A stretch of DNA of 64,000 nt. It comes from Neoechinorhynchus agilis. Its lineage: Eukaryota > Animalia > Acanthocephala. Location of the stretch: the NCBI GenBank assembly GCA_051530055.1, contig CM121341.1, positions 14,238,784-14,302,783 on the forward strand, given 5' to 3'. Position 1 is the stretch's first letter; each line of letters opens with the position of its first letter. A program made the position numbers and the translations under genes. Below the pieces are notes generated by a model. The model had not been told where the DNA came from. It did not search any database and saw only the letters and a list, made by a program, of their open reading frames with translations. Below, in pieces: positions 37,601-49,239 of this stretch.

Positions 37601-38730
37601 AAAGAATCCAAGTAAGGATGTCCTTAAGCAAGGAGACTTCTTTACCGGTACCAAGTGGAGAATTAGAGAGGGAAGATACTAAACTATCAAAAAAGATTTT
37701 TCCGGAGGTTTAATGGGAAGCTTAGAGTTGTAACCATTATAGGAAGATTGAGTCTTCAACTCCTTAGAGGAAAAGCCGTCCGGAGAGAGAGGAGTTTGAT
37801 GAGGATAGATTTCTCTATTATTTTTATTATAGTAGACCCGCTGCTTCGATGATAAGGAATCGTAAAAGTATTTTTGCGCGAACTTGCAAGAACGCGCAAA
37901 GGCCGGATGACTCTTGCCATAGCTTGCACAAGTGGCAGAATCAGAGTGAGAGCAGGATGATTTGTGGTGAGGACCTGCACAAAAGATGCATCTGGGGGAA
38001 ATACACAGTCCGATTCGTGGTGCCTCCATCTAGAACACCTCTGACAGATTATAAAATTATAGTCTTATATCGGTCGAATGTGACCCAGTATGAAAAGAAG
38101 CCCCTGCCGGAGTTAGCCAAACTCTCGGCGACATTGATAGTGGCTGAACATAGGATGGCGTAGGCGGAAGTGGCATTGGGTCTAAATAAATATTTGACCA
38201 GTCTAATTCCTAACTCATCCTCAATTTTTGCGAAAGTCAGCAGTATCCAAGTCTTGAGGAGGATTAGGTCAATAGACTGTATGCTTAAATCCCCCAACAT
38301 CTTAGAAAAGAGGTCTTTGCCTGTCACGTCGAACAATACAAATAGAATGTGAAATTTAGTCACCGAGAACCTCTTAATCAGAAAATTCATCGACTTCTCT
38401 CGACCACTAGGCTGTAGGTACTTCTCGTAGTAATTACGCGAAAAATACGAGGGGGATTTAATACCCATGGCTTCCTTGTGAATTTTAATAACAAAGTCTT
38501 CTTTTCTAACCGGACGCTTAAACTTTGATGCGTCAATAGAATGTTCCATCTGATCCCCTTGGGAAACGTGTGCACAATCACTCAAAACCTCACAATCATT
38601 CAGGGAGGATAGTAGGTACAAACCTTAAACTGGACATGTCCGAATTAAAGTTGATCTGTTGATTGAAAGGAGCGCAATTTGCATCGACGAAACAGTGCTC
38701 ATTCCCTAACTCTTTTGCTGTTTTTCGATG
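34690..38730 (-). mobile_element. LINE B: full-length degenerate I/Jockey-superfamily element with 10-bp TSD and (TAA)n tail
   Basis: TSD acattaaagt at 34680-34689 and 38731-38740; tail tattattatta on + strand. ORF1 knuckle CIFCAGPHHKSSC; APE CFQET/GDFN; RT LDINKAFD, VSQGSPL, VYADD. Confidence 0.9.
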
Positions 38731-40070
38731 ACATTAAAGTGAAGCATGCAAGCCGAATGCATGAAGGGTTTTTAAAATATAGAGTTTTCATTTTCTATGT
38801 TGGAATATAAAATATCAGTGTTTTCGAACGCGTTACTAAATTGAGTTGTAAAATGAAAACTGAAAATGCTAACGGTTTTTAAAATATCAAGCTTCGATTT
38901 CCTGTTTTGGAATGTAAAACATCTTGATTTTCAATAAATTAAATAAGAACGTGCTAACCGAATTTCAGTAAAGGTTTTTCAAATATCAAGTTTTGATTTT
39001 CGGTGTTGGAATGTAAAACAACAGTTTTTACAAACGCGCGTCTAAATTGAAATGAGGCATGCAAACCGAATGCTTGAACTGCTTTTCAAATATCATATTT
39101 TTATGTTCTTTTTTTTAATGTTAAATATCAGTGTTTTAAAAAGAGCGTCTAAATTGATTTGAAATTCAAAAAGCGAACAGAATAATGCGTTTTAAAATGT
39201 CGATTTTTATCCTATTTAGAAATTTAAAACATCATTTTTTTTAGAAATGCGCGTCTAAATTAAAGTTAAAAGAGCGAACACATGAAATTATTTCCAAATG
39301 TTTAGTTATCTTTATTAAATCACAACAAATTTATTAATCTTGAAGTCTCCTTTGTGTTACATTCAAAGATGCGTATTTTGAACGTTAGTTTAAAAAAATC
39401 TTTTAATAAGGAAGCTTATATATACACTCCTACTGTTAGCGTTGCGAAATATTTGAAAATGATTTTTCAGCTTGGCAAAATATAAAAAAGACCTGAAATG
39501 GCAACGTTTGTGTGCAATGCCGATAAATGTCAACTCGAGAATCGTGTGTGATCGATTAATGTTACAATTATTGATTCTCAATGGCGAATTGTAGCACACT
39601 CGAGTTTTATTGAAATCAACCTTGCGAATTTTCAAGGCCTCAGCCTCGTCGATACGGTCCGCGCACCCGAGTCAAGACTACCAACTTAGGTACCCCCACT
39701 TCATCCATTTTAGATGCTTGAAAAGGAGGCGGAGGCCTTGAAAATTCGCGAGGTTGATTTCAATAAAACTCCAGTGTGTTACAATTCGCCATTGAGAATA
39801 CACATCCATTCGAAGGAACAATTGGATAGAAGTATTTATTGCTGAAAAAGTAACAAAATTAATTATTTTACATATTGTGAATTCCGAGTCACACCAAGGA
39901 ATACATTATAAAACATTTTCATGTGATGCGGTAAATTGGGTCGGGGCGTTATAATTCCTTATAGGATTTATGTGAAAACCGAGCAGCTTTGAATTTTGTC
40001 AACCGAAAAGCACGTTTGCAGACATTATTTTCAATCTTTTTCAGATATCAGCACATTTATAAATCTTTAC
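38731..40070. repeat. Family R continued: about five ~120-bp subunits then a ~0.5-kb unit interrupted by a MITE
   Basis: Repeated tttt.aaatatca.gtttt..ttt..gt.ttggaatgtaaaaca; similarity to 34148-34689 and 48045-48600. Confidence 0.8.
39574..39799. mobile_element. MITE with ~70-bp terminal inverted repeats
   Basis: attctcaatggcgaattgtagcacact..gaaatcaaccttgcgaattttcaaggcctc versus gaggccttgaaaattcgcgaggttgatttc..gtgtgttacaattcgccattgagaat; absent from the other R copies. Confidence 0.9.
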
Positions 40071-41173
40071 GTGTGTCGGCGTGCTATTTTCACCGATTGT
40101 AATTGTTTGAATAGGTTTTACTGTTTTATGAAACTCCATAAACGTTTCGCATTGTTTCAACTCAGGATTCACTGCCCGTGGAAGGATCATTCTTTTACGG
40201 AAGCTGCTAGAATTTCCTTCATTTAATGCGTAACCACTCACTTTGATAGTTTTGCTTTTATCCCCGCGAAGACGTTTTTGAACTCGAAGCTCCGCGAAAA
40301 ATTTACCTTTGCGACTGACGCTTTACAAAGCGACTCCCGAAAAATCACATACGTTTTCTCTTCAACTTGTGCTCGATGGAGGATTATTTTGTTTGGTTAT
40401 TTTCATCGATTTTAATTTTGGCGAACGAGCTGTTATTTTTTTCAAAACGAGATATTCGCCTAATCCACTTTTATCAGAGTTTTTTTCATTCAGATGATTT
40501 CCTTTAAACATTGAGACTTGTGCTAGCGGATAGTTATGGCAAAAGTTTTGAAACTCTAAACTTGAGAGAATCATCTGCTCTCTGATCGACTGACAGCGTA
40601 GCCAAACTGTGCCAATATGGAAAATGAATGACAATCCAGCAGAATGCTGTAATTATCACTCGATCCGACTTTAATCGCATGCTATCAAGATATGGAGGGT
40701 ATCCTCGACAAGAGAATTCCCGGAATCGTAGACTTAACTGCATGCAATTAAAGCAGCGCAACAGATATGGCGTAGCCCAGATCAGGGACAAGTCCTTGAT
40801 GAAGAACCAAAAGGCTAACAAAAAGTGATGATTCCAAACGCCACACGCTGACCTTCGGGCTTCCAGGCCGAACTTAGAGCAAGCCTTCGTCCTCGAAACA
40901 TTGAAGAGATAAGCAAAAGTCTACATAGCTAATGTACGGGATAAAGGCTAAAGCAAGAATTTTATTGACATTTTTCTTTTGATATTTACAAATCTTAGAT
41001 TAAGATAATTGGTATACAAGGCAAGGGGATCTCATATAGTTTACGAAAATACTCTTCAATTACATGAACTTTAGAATATGCTCGCGATGATCTTCGAATT
41101 AATATTAACCCAAAAAAGTTTTCATTGAGTTTATATTGTAATTTTTTAATACAAGGATGGAAATTATTTGATA

Positions 41174-44100
41174 TCAATAAAATTGATGACGCCGGTGCTT
41201 GTGGCGAAAGTCATCAAAATTTCGTCTCAAAGGCTTTGTGTTGTCCTTAAATTTGTTCCTGCAGTCATTTTGTCGATGGATATCATGGTCATCGCAGTGC
41301 CTTTTCCTCAGCTCCATTGGCGTTCGCTGTTCAGGATCCGTATGGTCCACAGAACGTCTCCTCGTTTCTGACTGTTGTTTTTTCTTATCAGGTTGCTCGG
41401 ACCGTCTTGTGGATGGAGAAATATAGCCACTTGCGTCCACGCGGCGGATCGGAGTGGGGTGCTTTATTGTTGAACGAATATTCTGGCGTTGGTATTTCCT
41501 TTCCTCAGCAGTCTCTGGATGAATATCACTGTCATCGCAGTGCCTCTTCCTCGGCTCCATTGGCGTCTGCTGTTCGGGATCCGTGCGGTCCACAGAACGT
41601 TTGATCGTCTCCGACTGCTGTTTTTTCTTATCAGGTTGCTCGGACCCTCTTCTGGATCGAGAAACATCGCCAGAGACGTTGACGCCTGGGATAGGACTGC
41701 AGAGCTTGATTGTTGAACGAATCTTCCTGCATTCCGATTTTCTTTCCTCATCAATCTCTCGCTGAGCATCACGATCATCGCAGTGCCTTTTCCGCGGCTC
41801 CATTGGCGTTTGCTTTTGATGATGCCTACGGTCCAAATGATTTGTCGTTTCTGACTGCTGTTTTTTCTTATCAGGTTGCTCGGAGCGTCTTCTGGAATAA
41901 ACATTAGTACTATTGTCGAAGTCGCGGATCGGAGTTGGGTGCTTTATTGTTGAACGAATCTTCCTGCATTCCGATTTTCTTTCCTCATCAATCTCTCGCT
42001 GAGCATCACGATCATCGCAGTGCCTTTTCCGCGGCTCCATTGGCGTTTGCTTTTGATGATGCCTACGGTCCAAATGATTTGTCGTTTCTGACTGCTGTTT
42101 TTTCTTATCAGGTTGCTCGGAGCGTCTTCTGGAATAAACATTAGTACTGTTGTCGAAGTCGCGGATCGGAGTTGGGTGCTTTATTGTTGAACGAATCTTG
42201 CTGCATTCCGATTTTATTTCCTCATTAATCACTCGCTGGATATCGCGGTCATCGCAGTGCCTTTTCCTTGGCTCCATTGGCGTTCGCTGTCGGGATACCT
42301 TGTGATTCACAGAACGTCTCCTAGTTTCTATCTGCTGTATTTTATTACCCAGCTGCTTGGACCATTTTCTTGATGGAGAAATATCGCCACTGTCGTCTAC
42401 GCTATGATTCGGACTATGGTGCTTTATTATTGGACGATTCTCTTGGCGTTTGGATTTCCGTTCCTTGCCAGTCTCTCGCTGAGCATCATTCTCATTTTGC
42501 GCTCCTGATTGTACAGTTGAACCAGGATCATTTTTATCACTCAGGAGGCTTACCAGGCCCTGCGATTCAGACTCTATGGCCTTCTTATTACTTTGTATTG
42601 CTCGGCTACTGGATAGCAAAACTTCCTCTATCAAATCGACGCTTGTGTTGGTGCCATCATGTTCTCTTCGTGGACGCTTCCGGTCGCGTTCAGATTCTTC
42701 ACGATTTGGTTTTCGTTGTCTGCCTTGTGGTCCACATTCCGTGTCTTTTGTGTATCTGGACGAATACTCTTGCTTTTCAGATTCACATTCCTCCAATGGA
42801 CTGAGATCAAACCGAAATCTTCGTCGCCACGTACTGTTTAAGTAATTGTTTCTTTTCTTAAATCTTCCAAACCTCCGTCGACATCGCATTGGATATTGTG
42901 TTGGTGGATAAGACCCTGATTCGTGAGCTTCATTTACTTTGCAGTTGACCGCAACGGTAGCAGCAACCAATACTTCATGCTCTTCATCAGTCAGTTGCTG
43001 GTTTTTCGCCAGAAAGTCATCGATGAATTTTTCCACATCTTCTATCGTAGGGCGAAATTCTACGGGATTTTCAATTTTTGTTGTTTCTTTAGGCGACGTG
43101 ACTTTTTTAACCGGACCATTCCACGTTGCATCGATCCATTCCTGTTCTAGTTGCCGATAATGATCGACAATATCACAGGCAGCATCGTTCCTAACGGTAT
43201 CTGCCACTTCTTTGTCCTTTGCCTTACAGGACGGGCAATAACCGAACTCTATTAAATGCTTTACAAGGCAAATTCGACAGTAAGTCGCACCGCAACAATT
43301 CATCATTGTTGGCTCCTCAATTAAATTCCAGCACATTTCACATCTGAGCTCATTTAGCTTCTCAGGACGCTCATCTTCATCATCCGGATCTCGGTCTTGT
43401 TTTCGTTTTGTCGGGTGGAACACTGCTTCCGCAGCAGTTCTTGTAATCGCATAAGTTCCTCGCGGTGTTAAATAGCAGCCAGGAACGTATTCGGTGAGTT
43501 CTATAAGTTCACTTCTCGGAATTCCCGTAGCCATCTTCACTTGAGTTATTGGAGGAAGGCTCGTGTTTGGGATTTTCGTTTCCGGAAAGTTGGACAGAAT
43601 CATTGGACAAAGGTGTTTAAAGTGTCCCGGGCGATTACATCGATTGCAGATATATGAACCGCGTGGCACCGCCGATGGGTATCCTTGATCTCCTTCGGAA
43701 ACCTGATACTGAATGCGTAACCTGAAATTTGCTGTGGCTTTTAGAATATCTTGATTTCCAGGCTGAGCAGCCAAACTGTTTGGGTTGATGGGTTCAGGTT
43801 TTTTGATTGGATATCTTGTTGCACAAACTACTCGGTCCCCAAAGTCGTGTTTATCTAATGCAGTTGTCCAGAATTTAGTGCCAGCCTGAGCATCAAGATG
43901 CTTTTTGTATTCTTCACTCATTTTGTTGTTGTTTATATCCATTGGTTCGATGACCCACATTGGTTCGTTGACCTTCTGCTGCTTTCGTTGTAAAATTCGG
44001 ACCAACAAGCTGTCTTTTTTTGCCGGTCGACGAGTGATTTTTACTTTGGAACCAGCCTTAAGAGATTCCTTGTGTGAAACATAAGTGTATTCCTTCTCAG

Positions 44101-44260
44101 TATCAGTTACGATAAATTCAATGTCCGTTGCAAACTGGGTTAAGCTCCTCTTGATTAAGACGCGTCTTTTGAATTCATGAAGATTAATCTCTTCGCCGTC
44201 GAATGGAATCGTGTCATAATCTTGGTCTTCGAGAAATTTGAAGCTAATTATAGAAGTCAT
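41174..44260 (-). CDS. RBBP6: Intronless RBBP6/Mpe1-like protein (DWNN, zinc knuckle, RING) with C-terminal 79-aa tandem repeats
   Basis: DWNN-like ISFKF..YDTIPFDGEEINLHEFKRRV..VKITRRP; knuckle YICNRCNRPGHFKHLCP; RING CEMC..CCGATYCRIC..CPSC; 1028-aa open frame. Confidence 0.88.
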   Translation of the reverse strand: MTSIISFKFLEDQDYDTIPFDGEEINLHEFKRRVLIKRSLTQFATDIEFIVTDTEKEYTYVSHKESLKAGSKVKITRRPAKKDSLLVRILQRKQQKVNEPMWVIEPMDINNNKMSEEYKKHLDAQAGTKFWTTALDKHDFGDRVVCATRYPIKKPEPINPNSLAAQPGNQDILKATANFRLRIQYQVSEGDQGYPSAVPRGSYICNRCNRPGHFKHLCPMILSNFPETKIPNTSLPPITQVKMATGIPRSELIELTEYVPGCYLTPRGTYAITRTAAEAVFHPTKRKQDRDPDDEDERPEKLNELRCEMCWNLIEEPTMMNCCGATYCRICLVKHLIEFGYCPSCKAKDKEVADTVRNDAACDIVDHYRQLEQEWIDATWNGPVKKVTSPKETTKIENPVEFRPTIEDVEKFIDDFLAKNQQLTDEEHEVLVAATVAVNCKVNEAHESGSYPPTQYPMRCRRRFGRFKKRNNYLNSTWRRRFRFDLSPLEECESEKQEYSSRYTKDTECGPQGRQRKPNREESERDRKRPRREHDGTNTSVDLIEEVLLSSSRAIQSNKKAIESESQGLVSLLSDKNDPGSTVQSGAQNENDAQRETGKERKSKRQENRPIIKHHSPNHSVDDSGDISPSRKWSKQLGNKIQQIETRRRSVNHKVSRQRTPMEPRKRHCDDRDIQRVINEEIKSECSKIRSTIKHPTPIRDFDNSTNVYSRRRSEQPDKKKQQSETTNHLDRRHHQKQTPMEPRKRHCDDRDAQREIDEERKSECRKIRSTIKHPTPIRDFDNSTNVYSRRRSEQPDKKKQQSETTNHLDRRHHQKQTPMEPRKRHCDDRDAQREIDEERKSECRKIRSTIKLCSPIPGVNVSGDVSRSRRGSEQPDKKKQQSETIKRSVDRTDPEQQTPMEPRKRHCDDSDIHPETAEERKYQRQNIRSTIKHPTPIRRVDASGYISPSTRRSEQPDKKKQQSETRRRSVDHTDPEQRTPMELRKRHCDDHDIHRQNDCRNKFKDNTKPLRRNFDDFRHKHRRHQFY
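41240..42400 (-). repeat. Coding tandem repeat, 237-bp/79-aa unit, about 5 copies
   Basis: TPMEPRKRHCDD...RRSEQPDKKKQQSET recurs; matching positions 41710 and 41947 are 237 bp apart. Confidence 0.92.
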
Positions 44261-45903
44261 CTGAATATGCGAACTTCGAATTTTGGGAGTTTTTATGAAA
44301 GCAAACGGATTATGCCCACGAAAGGTTTACAAGTAATGGACTACACGAGTTTTCAACAAATGAAAACGAGAGCTATCGATATTTATAGAATGTGGTGCGG
44401 CAAGATTTATATTTACCGAATTCGATGACTATATTTTGAACCCAATATTTGTAAAATATCCACAATGGTCGGATATTTGTTGCAAATACAAATATTTATC
44501 CGTTTACGGTGGCTTTTGTTGTCCCTGCGTTCAAGAACCGCTTAGCACTGGCATAAAACCTCGAACTACCTTGAATTTCATAAAGTCAAAAGGATGCATT
44601 GTATTTTTGCACCTATGAAATCGATCTTGACAGAAAGTGTCTTTTTTATATAAAAACGTAAGGATGATACCACGGGTTGCAAGTATTAAAAAAATGCAAA
44701 GCAGTCAAAACGGGAATGATGTTTCTGTATTTATTACAATTGCTTACTCTAGAACGGTTCATTTGTGATGACGGCAATTTATGATCGCTTTTAGACTTCA
44801 AATCGTTTTTAAACTATGCCATAGATACTAAATTCTGCTCCCATATCAATAAAGGTATTAGGATATCGCGATTCATAAAGCGCTCACCGTATAGATTTCG
44901 ATCACAATGTGTGGTGTCAACATGGACGTGTACCTCCATTAGTAAAGTGAAGCCGTACCTAAAAAATTGCTAGTGTTTTGGAACGATAGCTCTTATCCGT
45001 ATACAAGATCATAAATGTTCTCGTCGAATATGACGACTTAATTTCTCTAGCTGATCAATGTTTTGGAAAATTCCAATAGTTTGTATCAATTTATTGGTAA
45101 ATTACTATTGCATCAGCCTGTATTTTCAAACGCTTTCTATCTCGTTTAAACGAATACATTTATTCATCTATATTGGTAACAATCGATATTGACAATCAAC
45201 TCTAAGTTATTTTATCTGTTATTTATTTTGCTCAGTCCTTAGACCCCAATTTAAAGGATCGCAGCATTTTACGCATGCAATTTACACTTTCATGTACATT
45301 GCTAAAATGTAGAAAATAGCTTATCATAACAGATACGCTTTCGTTTTTCAAAATTTCTAAAATAATTTTTTTACAGTTATATTGTGCAAAAATATTTCCA
45401 AGTTGTTAGTTATTCTAATGCATTTTAAGTCCAGAAGTCAATAATAAGCTTTTATTTGCTACAAAAATGAGCAAGCAGCCAATAAAAGCAAGCCTCGACA
45501 GAACTTTTTGTACGATGATTCGATAACCTTAGCGATTTTTTTGACAGATGTAGCGATGAATCGGTTGGATTATTTGCGCTTATAAAAATACGCAGTAAAT
45601 GAAAAAACCAGTATCTCCAAATCACTTTCATCATTACTAAAATCTTGTTGATTCAATTACAAAAATACTTTTTGGTTTTGTCGGAATTCTAGTAAATTGT
45701 TTCTATTGGATAATCTTTACATATCTTTGCTTCGGATGCCATCGTCCTCTATCTCGAACGATAGATCCGAAGAGCAACTTTACAGAATCGCGATTTTGTT
45801 GTTTTCGCGGCACAAACATCATCTTCCGGAAAACAAACATCCTTGACGTACAATAAAGACATAAACCCAAAATTTATTAAGACTACTTAAAATCCTCAAA
45901 GGT

Positions 45904-47257
45904 TCAATCAGAAGAGAAAATCCGTCTAATAGATTTTACAAGATTGCTCTCCGGCGTATGATTTTTCTTTATATATTGAAGTAGACCAGGAAAGCAGCCA
46001 AGATCGCGTTGACTCATAACGAACTCGGCTACTTTATCTTCACTCACTCCTTTGATTTGAACAAGAAATCGAGCGACGGCTTCTCGTACGCTGATTCCGC
46101 CATCACGATTTATGATAGCGCGTTTTGCGTATTTTTCGTTAAAATTGTCGAGAGGAATTCGTTCCATCGATAAATTAAAATGTTTATTCAAATATCTGGT
46201 CATTTCAGTAAGGTATCGAGCTGTATCCGTGGGATTTCGGCAATATACTATTTGGAATCCATCCAGGACTAATGCATTCACGCAAGCCTGTTCAATTGTG
46301 GATTTTTTAAATCCGTCAGCTTTATTCGATGGTATTTCGATTAACACTACGACATTACATTTTTTTGTCTGATCATGAAGCTTCATAAGACGCGTTTTTT
46401 GCTGTTGAAATCTTCCATCGATTATCGACGCTACAAGATCACGCGAAGATTTTCGTTCGATCACATAAGACATCAATAGAGAATTAGTTTTATGATGACA
46501 AAATGCGAAATCCCCCAGCGATAAACGATCACGTCTATAAGGACATTTTAATTTGTCTATTCAAAGAATCAGGAACTGCCAACCGGAGTTCGAGATCCTA
46601 TCGATAATTCACTAAAAAGGCTTTTGGATCGTTCTGCTTTGTCTACTGAAAGTACAACTTCTTCGAAGATTAACTTTTCGTCGTTTTGAGTTCTCTTTAC
46701 GCTTTTTTTTAATGATTTTGTGAGCGAGGCCGTTTTTGATGCCACTTGAACGATTGACGACTCCTTTTGTTTGATATTTCCAATCGCACGTTCCAAATGC
46801 CGACAAATTCCATCGCCAAAGCCCTTCAAAATGCGACACTCATTAACATTTTGAAGCGGAAGTGGATATCGCTTAAGGATCAACAAATGTACTATTAAAA
46901 GATTTATGTTCATCATACAAACGAGGGTTTGACTACAGAAACAAAGTCATCATTATGATAAAGAGCTCGTGCTAGAAACCCTCAACGAATTGCACCCAAG
47001 AAAAAGGATTTAACTCAATTAAAAAGATTACAAAGAGCATAAAGCCGTGAGAACATTTGCTGAAATCTCAGCGAATCCAATGCCATTGAATAGGTCTTGG
47101 CTTTGTTCACTCGACCCAAAGATCTTCGTGAGTTCATACGATATTTCCTGATCACTGAATTTAGATATTTCACGATTTGAGCGTTTAAAGGCTTCTCAAG
47201 CGAATGTCGTCTTCGTCGCCATTGCCTCGAAGGTGTACATTGAACCAATCGATTCAT
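45904..47257 (-). CDS. MUS81: Compact MUS81 structure-specific endonuclease with two atypical interruptions (46873-47066 and ~46557-46603)
   Basis: N-terminal HhH KTYSMALDSL/RYPLPLQNVNECRILKGFGDGICRHLE; nuclease domain VLSVD..LSLGDF..VIERKSSRDLVASIIDGRFQQQKTRL. Confidence 0.9.
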
Positions 47258-47426
47258 TGTCGATATTCTCAAAATGTCGATTAATCCAATTTGTGCAATC
47301 GAATAAAATCAGATTACGGAAGAATATCGAGAATCAGCAAAGATTTTAAAGGATGAATCAAGTGATTTTATGATTCAAAAGCAAAATTAATCGAAAATAA
47401 AGGTTTCATTTTTCTCTAAAGGTTCA

Positions 47427-47700
47427 ATATGCCTCCTCTGGGATGCCACTTGTGTCGATACACTCGCGGCCAGCAATCTCAAGTTCTCGGTGATTCAAGC
47501 TGGAGGTGCAGCGAGCGCTGCGGAAGGACGAAAAACGGCGAAATACCTCGATTTAGACAGGGCTCACCTGTTTGTGTCTTTTTGGGGTCGAGACCTACGG
47601 ATCTCTTGGTAGCGCATCTCTTCAACTCCTGAGGGATCTGAAGCGACGCCTTCAGGTTATAACCGGTGAAGCTTCAAAATATTAGCATCGCCGTTTGAGA
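47427..47700 (+). mobile_element. CRE-type endonuclease fragment
   Basis: LLWDATCVDTLAASN..AAEGRKTAKY..FVSFGVETYGSLG, homologous to the 3' part of the 4160-5722 element. Confidence 0.85.
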
Positions 47701-47840
47701 GGCGACACTGAAAGCATTCGGGCGAAAGTTGAAGACGAGGATGGCGAATAATTATGTTATATCTTCAAAATAAAACTCCAGCATAATATCGCAAGTAAAC
47801 AAAGAAAAGGTTTCATTTAAAAAATATATTAATAGAGATT

Positions 47841-48005
47841 TGTTGTTATTTAGGTCGCTTGTCGATACCCGAGAGGGATCATTAAAGATGAATATATTTC
47901 GACTGATTGAACCAGTCATTAGCAATTCAAATACTTGTAAGTTTTGAAACAGGATTCGTCTTGAACGATCCCTCTTGGTATCGACAAGCGACCTAAATAA
48001 CAACA
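47841..48005. mobile_element. Hairpin element with ~40-bp inverted repeats
   Basis: tgttgttatttaggtcgcttgtcgatacccgagagggatc versus gatccctcttggtatcgacaagcgacctaaataacaaca; the arm motif also occurs at ~26385. Confidence 0.8.
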
Positions 48006-48044
48006 TATCCAACCACCCGAATGCAATCCTCAACATAATGTAGG

Positions 48045-48600
48045 TTTGTTGGATTATATCATCGATTATTTGTGTGTTGCGATAAACTGGGTCCGAATTA
48101 ATTGATTCCTTATCAGATTTAAGCGAAGATCAGGCAGCGGTGATTTTAGCAACCCAAAAACATATTCGCACATATTATCTTCTATCTTTTTAAAATCCCA
48201 GCACATTTATAAATCTTGAAGTGAGACTTCTTTATGTTACATTCAAAGATATGTCTTTTGAACGTTCCTCTCGAAAGACATCGCTAAATAAGGAAGCTTC
48301 AATATACACGATACTGCTTTGAGCGCTGCGAAATATTAAAAAAATATTTTCTAGCTTCATAAAATATAAAAATGCTTTAAAATTGCAGCATTTGTGCGCA
48401 ATGCCGATAAATGTCAACTCGAGAATAGTGTGTGATCGATTAATGTTGCAATTATTGGTTTCTGAAAATGTTACAAAATAAATGATTTTACATATATTGA
48501 AAACCGAGTCACATCAAAGAATCTAGCATCGATTATTTGTGTGTGATCTGATAAACTGAGTTCGACATCTCTGATTCCTTAAAAGATTTATGTAAAAATT
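48045..48600. repeat. Third copy of repeat family R (slightly more than one unit)
   Basis: gattatttgtgtgt..gataaactg.gt at ~48065 and ~48535; body matches 39330-39570 and 34200-34450. Confidence 0.8.
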
Positions 48601-48658
48601 TGGCTTTCTAACAAAAGTTATTATTATTCGTTTTGTTTGTAGATTGAATTATTCATGT

Positions 48659-48800
48659 TTGTTTATGGCGGAAAAGCCGAAGGAATTTATTAGATCGGAT
48701 ATTTCGGCCGAATGAAGCACTTAAACAACGTTGATAAAGGCACGAGATTGTGCAGAAATATCGGATTTAAGAAATCCCTTCAATTTTCCGCCATAAACAA
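48659..48800. mobile_element. MITE with ~45-bp terminal inverted repeats
   Basis: ttgtttatggcggaaaa..gaaggaattt..gatatttc versus gaaatatc..aaatcccttcaattttccgccataaacaa. Its core ttgataa.ggcac.agattgtgc recurs at ~1880 and ~4140. Confidence 0.8.
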
Positions 48801-49239
48801 GCATTATTATTTTTTTTAACACGTTATGGGTTATGTCGAGAATTCAAATGCTTATTTTAAAGACCAATTGATAATAAATCCATATTCAGCAGCGGCTCTT
48901 TTTTTCCTCCATATTCATTCTTCGAGGTGCGCGGTGATCGTAAATGACAACTGATTGTGATCTCGGGCGGGGAACATAAAGTGATATCGCTTTTCAAATT
49001 CAAGACTACCAATGCTTTTTAGGGCCAGCCCAGTGGATGCTAATAGTCAACTGAATACAAGAATAAATATCATCAAGGAAGTTACAGTCGAAATCCAAGA
49101 ATTATGCAATATTTAGACAACTTTTAGAAATTAAAAATGCTAAACATCCTGTCAAAAATTCCCTTTTCACCCGCAATTAAACTGAAGCGTATATTTTATA
49201 AGTCCAGTATTTACTTTCTCGAATATTGTTTGGCGTCCT

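Noticed and set aside
41240-42400. CRISPR-like array
   Set aside because: Units are contiguous coding repeats without unique spacers; eukaryotic context and no cas genes.
41199-43160. Many short plus-strand ORFs over RBBP6-like
   Set aside because: Antisense shadows repeated because of the 237-bp coding repeat.
45452-45880. Possible small multi-exon gene between MUS81 and RBBP6-like
   Set aside because: Several GT/AG pairs 30-35 nt apart, but each joining tried hit a stop or lacked a start.
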